Part shown: in pieces, positions 59,039 to 64,000 of the stretch | How the letters are laid out: every line of letters begins with the position of its first letter | Numbering within the stretch: the first letter of the stretch is position 1 | NCBI GenBank assembly: GCA_021813405.1 | Contig: JAKAKS010000008.1 | Location: 62,771 to 126,770, forward strand | DNA: 64,000 nucleotides | From: Nitrospirota bacterium | GTDB lineage: Bacteria; Nitrospirota; Thermodesulfovibrionia; Thermodesulfovibrionales; JdFR-88 | Direction: 5' to 3' | Program-made: the position numbers and the translations under genes | The notes under the pieces: model-generated | What the model saw: the letters and a program-made list of their open reading frames with translations, nothing else | Databases searched by the model: none | Told to the model about the DNA's origin: nothing

Positions 59039-60301
59039 TTATCTCCGGAGGTTCCGCTTTTTGTCCCAGAGGCCAAGCATTTCGTAATGGTCGTATTTTC
59101 CAAGCATCCGGTGCATCTCGTCTATCCTGGTGATTTGCTCTTTGGTTATATTCAGCGCATTTTCGCTAGCAGCGCTTGTGGGGCCGGTGTTATCGTTCCT
59201 TGTGCTGCCGGCATCACCGGCCGGAACCGGTCCTTCAACTTTCCCGGTGTATGCTCCTCTTGCCGTGGCCGGTTTAGAGCGCCCGGCGTCTTCGCGGCTT
59301 TCTTCCGGTGCGTCCTGGCTTGTTTCAGGCTGGTCTTTCAGCTCAAGGGTCCTTGCGTAGAGCAGGGCGTAAATAGTTTGCAAGGTCTTCGATTCAGGAA
59401 AGGGGGCTTCCTTAACAATTTCACTGAGATGCCGCCGCCCATCCGCCAGAGACATTATCATTTTGTCCTCGGAGGGAATCTTCATCGCCTGGAACAGATG
59501 CAGCGGATAAGAAAAAGGCGCGATAACGGAATCTTCCCGCAGCCCAGCCTCAAAAACCGCATTTTTATCGGCTGTGCGCTTGATGCCGCGATAGATCAGG
59601 TCCGGCGCGGAAATCTTCAGCCGCAGCAGGTTGTCGGGGAGCGGGCCATCATGGAAAAGAAAGGACCCTTCATGTAGGGAAAACACCCCAAGGCAAATCT
59701 CCTCCAGTTGACTGTAAACGGCTTTTATCATGTCATTTGGCGTAAGAGCGCCCAGTTCCACAAGGATGGCGCCCTGTTTCCTGCCGGTGGTTTTTAAAAG
59801 CTCCACGGATTTTTCGTACTGTTGGCGGGTGATTGTCCCCTTCCTAAGAAGCATGTCACCGAGGCTGTCTTCCACCTGGTTGGATGAAGAAAAGACGATA
59901 TTGCCCTGCTGCAAGTATATTTTCCTGACGGCCTGGTCTCTTCTGAATTCCAGAACACCGGTTTCTGCCGCCCCGCAGAGCCCCGTAAATATGTCTGGCG
60001 CCGTGAAAACGGAAAGCGAGCCTTCCACGTTTCTGGCCAGCGAGAGCCCTATTTTCTGGCCGCCGTGCCATATCACTTTGGCTTCGCAATGGAAATCAGG
60101 GTTTTTGCAGGAGACCTCAATTGTCCGGCCTACCGCCGAGAGGATTTTCCTGTCCGCCTGGACGCCTGCGCCCAGGATTGAATAGTCTTGCAGGGTGGCT
60201 TCTGCCGTCTCTTTGTTTATGGTTATCCGGAGCGGATTGTCTTTGCTGTTTTTAAACCTTCTGAACTGCCTTTTTTCGGGCGATTGCCAGCGTTTGCTCA
60301 T
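59039..60301 (-). CDS. 5' segment of the same gene: PilZ + DUF4388 + start of the J domain
   Basis: PilZ motifs RQFRR and DYSILG. DUF4388-like LEFRRDQAVRKIYLQQGNIVFSSS...LGDMLLRKGTIT. Ends ...KYDHYEMLGLWDKKRNLRR*, so the J domain is interrupted. Confidence 0.7.
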   Translation of the reverse strand: MSKRWQSPEKRQFRRFKNSKDNPLRITINKETAEATLQDYSILGAGVQADRKILSAVGRTIEVSCKNPDFHCEAKVIWHGGQKIGLSLARNVEGSLSVFTAPDIFTGLCGAAETGVLEFRRDQAVRKIYLQQGNIVFSSSNQVEDSLGDMLLRKGTITRQQYEKSVELLKTTGRKQGAILVELGALTPNDMIKAVYSQLEEICLGVFSLHEGSFLFHDGPLPDNLLRLKISAPDLIYRGIKRTADKNAVFEAGLREDSVIAPFSYPLHLFQAMKIPSEDKMIMSLADGRRHLSEIVKEAPFPESKTLQTIYALLYARTLELKDQPETSQDAPEESREDAGRSKPATARGAYTGKVEGPVPAGDAGSTRNDNTGPTSAASENALNITKEQITRIDEMHRMLGKYDHYEMLGLWDKKRNLRR

Positions 60302-60610
60302 GCGGCTTCCGCAAATGAGATGAGGTTTGTTGTAAACCTGTTAGCGCAAGGAACTGATTTAAAAAAACATAAAATACGCAACAGTACCTGATTCCTCTAC
60401 TTTTTGGCTCTATATTTGTACCAGTTATATCCACCAAATTTCAAGCGTTTTTTCAAGTTGGTCCGCTTAACTCACTAATTATTCATTCTTTCCATTAATT
60501 CCGGTGACACAAATCAGCGTTTGTTTGAAGGGAAGTAAACGGCTCAGGCGGAATGGGCATGAGTCCCGGTTTTCCTGTGTACTCAACACTCCTTGGCCTG
60601 TATCCCTTCC

Positions 60611-60668
60611 GGCAAAGCATGACACAAACTTTATGATATATGTCATATGGACTATGTCATGCTTTGCC
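60611..60668. promoter_or_regulatory. PAL motif copy 4, with 14-nt outer inverted arms
   Basis: GGCAAAGCATGACA-N8-ATGATATATGTCAT-N8-TGTCATGCTTTGCC. Confidence 0.55.
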
Positions 60669-61073
60669 GTGTTATGATCGCGGGTGGCGGGAACCCACCC
60701 CGGCCCTGCGCCCACCCCTCCGAAGAGGGTGGTTGCCAAAGGCCCTTTAAAAAAGACATCTGCCGGAATAGGTGATAACGCAAATGCCAAATTAGATTCC
60801 CGGTTAAAACGATCGGCAATGGCGGAGAAAAGATTTTTAAAGGCAGGGGTTTACAAACGTAAAAGGCTTGAAAAAACAGGAGGTTAGGTTTGTTCCAATT
60901 TTTTAGTTATGTTGCAGGCTGGAAGTTGAAATCATTAAAAAACGGGCACTTAGGGGTGGGGCTTCACTGCGAAAAGTATGGAACAGATGGAACAAGTGGA
61001 ACAAAAATTTAGGCCCAAGTTATTGAAAATAAAACGAAATACCAAAAAAGCTGGAACATATAAAAAGAAAAGG
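60611..61073 (+). repeat. R2 element copy 3 (extended palindrome, GGAAC triple repeat, A-rich tail)
   Basis: GGCAAAGCATGACA...TGTCATGCTTTGCC. ATGGAACAGATGGAACAAGTGGAACAAAAATTT at 60978-61010. GGAACATATAAAAAGAAAAGG at 61053-61073. Confidence 0.6.
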
Positions 61074-61320
61074 GGAAAATCAAGGTGAACAGATTCCCCT
61101 GGCCGCTGGAAAGGCGATGCAAAAAAACCTGCGCCCATATTACAATAACGCATTGCGCATGGAGGGGAGATAAACTGAAACGCCCGCTCAATTTTCTTAT
61201 TCCTTTCCACTTTCATTTTTCCGGCTCAATCGATCGCTTCCGGCAAAACAGACCATCTCCGCGCACTGGCAAGGCAGATAGTTTTGCAATCTCCAGGGGC
61301 AAACCCTCGCTTGTACGGAA

Positions 61321-61370
61321 ATGCGTGGTGGCCGGGATGTTTTATATCAGGCGCGGCATTCATGAGATGT
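61321..61370 (+). repeat. Partial R1 5' module (copy E), downstream of R2 copy 3
   Basis: GCGTGGTGGCCGGG...CAGGCGCGGCATTCATGAGATG (compare GTGGCCGGGCG...GTGGCGCGGCGTTGGCCGTATTCATGTGAGC at 58201-58257). Confidence 0.4.
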
Positions 61371-61437
61371 TTCTGGAACTAAATTCTGATTGGCCGAAGG
61401 CCGGTTATTTAAAAAATACCAAGCAAGGAGAATTTTG

Positions 61438-62301
61438 ATGCCCATGCTATTTCCCCCTCGGTTTGATTTCCGTTCCGTTTTCCGTGCTACCCTGGTTGCC
61501 GTTTTGCTTATTCCCCTTGCGGGCGTGTCTGTGGCGGGGGCCGACGGCGTTTCCAGGGCCGGCAAACTGGCCAGCGGTCATGAAGACGCTGTTATCACAG
61601 TAAAGGCCATCACCAGGATAAGCATTATGGTTGGAGGCAAGGAAGTATCTAAAACAGAAGATGCAGTGGAGACGCCCGCCACGATAATAGACCCCTCCGG
61701 GCTGGCGGTGCTGTCTTCCTCCAGGATAGACCCGTCCAAGCTTTACAAGCAGATAATCGACAAACTTAAATCCGGCCAGGAACAGGCCAAGTTCGAGGTG
61801 CAGACAACCATATCGGATATAAAAATGCTTACAGCCGGCGGCGACGAGCTGCCGGCAAAACTGGTGATGCGGGACAAGGATATGGACCTGGCCTTTGTAA
61901 AACCCGCTAAGGCCCCGGCCAGTCCGATGCCCTGGCTGGACCTCTCTGACAGCAGCAAGCCCGATATGCTAAGCCGTGTTGTGATACTTACCAGGCTGGG
62001 AAAGCCTGCCGGGTATATCCCTTCGCTATCCTTGTACAGGGTGGAGGCCGTAATAAAAAAACCATCGGTCTTTTACATGACGGACCAGAACATTATGCAG
62101 GGCAAACTGGGCGCGCCCGCTTTTACGCTGGATGGGAAGCCCGCCGGGATAGTGGTCCTTAGGTTCAATAATGTTGGGCAGAAGATATCGAGCATGGACA
62201 GGATATTCTACGGCCTGGACGGGTTTGGAATGTTCCCGGTGATAATCCCCTCTGCCCAGGTGCTGAGCGAGGCCAAACACATACTGAGCACAAAAAAATA
62301 A
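61438..62301 (+). CDS. Secreted trypsin-like (S1C/DegP-type fold) protein, apparently catalytically inactive
   Basis: Start ATG 61438 behind AAGGAG. DMDLAFVKP (Asp region). GKLGAPAF occupies the position of the GNSGGP serine motif. Confidence 0.55.
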   Translation: MPMLFPPRFDFRSVFRATLVAVLLIPLAGVSVAGADGVSRAGKLASGHEDAVITVKAITRISIMVGGKEVSKTEDAVETPATIIDPSGLAVLSSSRIDPSKLYKQIIDKLKSGQEQAKFEVQTTISDIKMLTAGGDELPAKLVMRDKDMDLAFVKPAKAPASPMPWLDLSDSSKPDMLSRVVILTRLGKPAGYIPSLSLYRVEAVIKKPSVFYMTDQNIMQGKLGAPAFTLDGKPAGIVVLRFNNVGQKISSMDRIFYGLDGFGMFPVIIPSAQVLSEAKHILSTKK

Positions 62302-62387
62302 AAAAACGGGGGCACTTGACACAGCCTTTAATGGTGAGACCATTTAAGCGGGCGCCAGATTTAAAAAATGCGTTAAGGAGGACAGCC

Positions 62388-62612
62388 ATGTTGTGCAGCC
62401 TTTCGCAACTGGACGGGACCATCATAGACCAGATAAAGTCTGCCGAGAGGAAGCTGGGGAAAACGCTGCTTGCCTATAATTGCTACGATACCAGGCCGGA
62501 AACCCTGTCCGCAGGCGAACTTAAGGAGATAGAGCAGCTGGAGGAAAAGCTTGGTGTGCTGCTGGTTGCGGTAAAACAGCCTGTCTCTGCTGCGGAGCCG
62601 CAGGACATTTAA
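62388..62612 (+). CDS. Hypothetical small protein
   Basis: 74 aa from ATG 62388 behind AAGGAGG. No family recognised. Confidence 0.45.
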   Translation: MLCSLSQLDGTIIDQIKSAERKLGKTLLAYNCYDTRPETLSAGELKEIEQLEEKLGVLLVAVKQPVSAAEPQDI

Positions 62613-62618
62613 GGTGAG

Positions 62619-63569
62619 TTAAAGCCTTATGTCTACGTATGCGCTTTGCCGCAGGGAGATAAGCCAGGCCTTATATTGCTTTTCAAAACGGATTGTCGTA
62701 AGTGCCTGCCTGGCTTTTTCGACATAGGCGCTTGGATCGCCGGGCTCGATTCTTTTGTTCAGCTTCAGTATGAATATCCCTTTGTCCGTTTGGAAGGGCT
62801 TGCTTATCTCGCCGGGCTTTAACTTGTCCAGCGCATTTTCGAATTCGGGCGAAAGCGTGCCTTTTTTCAGGGATCCAAGATCGGGGTCGGCAGGGGAATA
62901 GTACCTTGCAACGCTCAGGAAATCCTCTCCTTTTTTAAGACGCGCCAGCGCCGCGTTGGCATTTGCCATGGCTTTGTCCTTGTTTTCTCCCGTTGGAATG
63001 AAAATCTGGTAAACGTTGTAATATTCAGATGAGTCGTCTGCCATGCCCTGTGAGCGCGCATAGGCGATTGCCTCTGCCTTGGATACTTTGATTTTATCCC
63101 TGACGTCCACTGAAACCAGCTTGCCTATGAGTATCTGGTCCGACAGCCTGGCCCTGTACTCATTAAGTGTAAAACCCTCTTTCCGGAGGGCCTGCACAAA
63201 CTGGTTCTGGTCCATGGAGTATTTCTTCTTTATGGATTCTATTGCGTCTGATATCTCAAGCGGATCTACCGTGATGTTCAGCTTTGCCGCTGCCTGAAGC
63301 TCCAGGGTATGATCGATCATCTTGTCCAGGTACTTGCTCTCGTGGTCTTTCAGAAATTTCCTTTTTTCATCGCCTGTATCGGAGCTTAGCTGTTGGGCGT
63401 ACTCGAACTCCATTGCTTTGTAAAGCTCCGCCCAGGTGATCGCCTGGTTGTTTACCACGGCAATTATCCTGTCCAGCTCGAATTCTTCGGCCCGGGCCTG
63501 GACGGCAGGCCGCACAAGCGAAAGCAGAATCAGCAATACAATGAATATCTTTATTTTTATGCGCCTCAT
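62619..63569 (-). CDS. SurA-like peptidyl-prolyl isomerase (parvulin domain)
   Basis: Start taken at MRRIKIKIFIVLLILL (63569). SurA N-terminal-like region plus a PpiC-type domain (...GSLKKGTLSPEFENALDKLKPGEISKPFQTDKGIFILKL). Confidence 0.85.
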   Translation of the reverse strand: MRRIKIKIFIVLLILLSLVRPAVQARAEEFELDRIIAVVNNQAITWAELYKAMEFEYAQQLSSDTGDEKRKFLKDHESKYLDKMIDHTLELQAAAKLNITVDPLEISDAIESIKKKYSMDQNQFVQALRKEGFTLNEYRARLSDQILIGKLVSVDVRDKIKVSKAEAIAYARSQGMADDSSEYYNVYQIFIPTGENKDKAMANANAALARLKKGEDFLSVARYYSPADPDLGSLKKGTLSPEFENALDKLKPGEISKPFQTDKGIFILKLNKRIEPGDPSAYVEKARQALTTIRFEKQYKAWLISLRQSAYVDIRL

Positions 63570-63747
63570 AGCTTTGTCCTTCCGGAAGAGACACCCTGCA
63601 AGAACTAAGCCGCGGTCTTTTGAGGCCGGGCTTGGGCAAGCGGGCTTAATCCGTATTCTGCCATATCGGGCGCGGCCTCCGCAAGCCAAACGCGGCCAGG
63701 GGATTGCCTGGCGCTATGGCGGTTTTTATAATGTAAAATAATCATTC

Positions 63748-64000
63748 ATGGAAAAGTCTTCTCAAAGTTCGCCAGGGCTGGTCCCTTTCCCGGCTTTATA
63801 CCAGAAGGATTTCAGGTATCTCTGGCTGGGGCAGGCCATATCTTTTTCAGGCACCTGGATGCACTCCACCGCCCAGGGCTGGCTGATATACTCGCTTACG
63901 CACTCTCCGCTGTACCTCGGGGTTGTGGCGGCGTTCTCCTCAATGCCCGTGCTTTTTTTCTCGCTGCTGGGCGGCGTGGCGGCGGACAGATTCCGCAAGC
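63748..64000 (+). CDS. MFS transporter, N-terminal part (runs off the window end)
   Basis: ATG 63748. MEKSSQSSPGLVPFPALYQKDFRYLWLGQAISFSGTWMHSTAQGWLIYSLTHSPLYLG... matches the MFS_3/EntS-like N-terminus. Not in the ORF track because there is no stop inside the window. Confidence 0.7.
   Translation, partial: MEKSSQSSPGLVPFPALYQKDFRYLWLGQAISFSGTWMHSTAQGWLIYSLTHSPLYLGVVAAFSSMPVLFFSLLGGVAADRFRK

Noticed and set aside
60330-60420. A possible R1 3' fragment (AAATGAGATGAGG, TAGAGCCAAAAAG on the opposite strand).
   Set aside because: The blocks are in inconsistent order and orientation relative to the family, so this is likely chance similarity in A-rich sequence.
60978-61010. Tandem GGAACA units as a CRISPR array or minisatellite.
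   Set aside because: The units are only 9-10 nt with no spacers, occur in 2-3 copies, and no cas genes are present.
63620-63700. A possible further degenerate R1 fragment (CCGTATTC...GGGCGCGGC...GCCAAACGCGG).
   Set aside because: Only short blocks of 8-9 nt are shared, which is too weak by eye. Profile-based scoring would be needed.

Overview
This is a 64-kb bacterial chromosomal window, apparently from a Gram-negative organism with anaerobe-like gene content, and moderately GC-rich by eye. Most of it is ordinary housekeeping DNA. I recognise these gene groups: (1) a minus-strand outer-membrane/lipid A operon, bamA-skp-lpxD-fabZ-lpxA-lpxI; (2) purA-serA plus a serC-like aminotransferase; (3) cimA; (4) ispE-tRNA-Gln-prs-rplY(ctc)-pth; (5) panB; (6) a TPM/LemA pair; (7) an RND efflux operon (TolC-like, MFP, AcrB-like) next to histidine kinase, receiver and sigma54-activator genes; (8) a SurA-like PPIase; (9) a small redox-type cluster (membrane c-type cytochrome-like proteins, ferredoxin, two-CW protein, DsrE-like, NifX-like, DUF134). 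The most unusual content is non-coding. Two interspersed repeat families recur in most of the larger intergenic gaps. R1 is a modular element of about 250-300 nt that looks like a structured RNA; I find five copies plus one fragment. R2 has a nested ATGACA/TGTCAT palindrome, then GGAAC/GGA direct repeats, then an A-rich tail; I find three full copies plus two partial ones. At 16.7-17.25 kb and 60.6-61.4 kb, R2 sits directly upstream of R1 like a promoter/operator cassette in front of an RNA gene. I could not match either family to a known RNA or mobile element by eye. Other points worth a second look: a PilZ-DUF4388-DnaJ-TPR gene split by a frameshift inside the J domain; an Xre/DUF2384 antitoxin-like gene coupled to thymidine phosphorylase instead of a RES toxin; an M1-peptidase/ChaN/PDZ fusion; an uncharacterised haem-motif/Ala-rich membrane protein pair; a stand-alone two-CW protein; and an epimerase gene remnant. 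All functional calls come from motif recognition in the supplied translations. No database searches were run.
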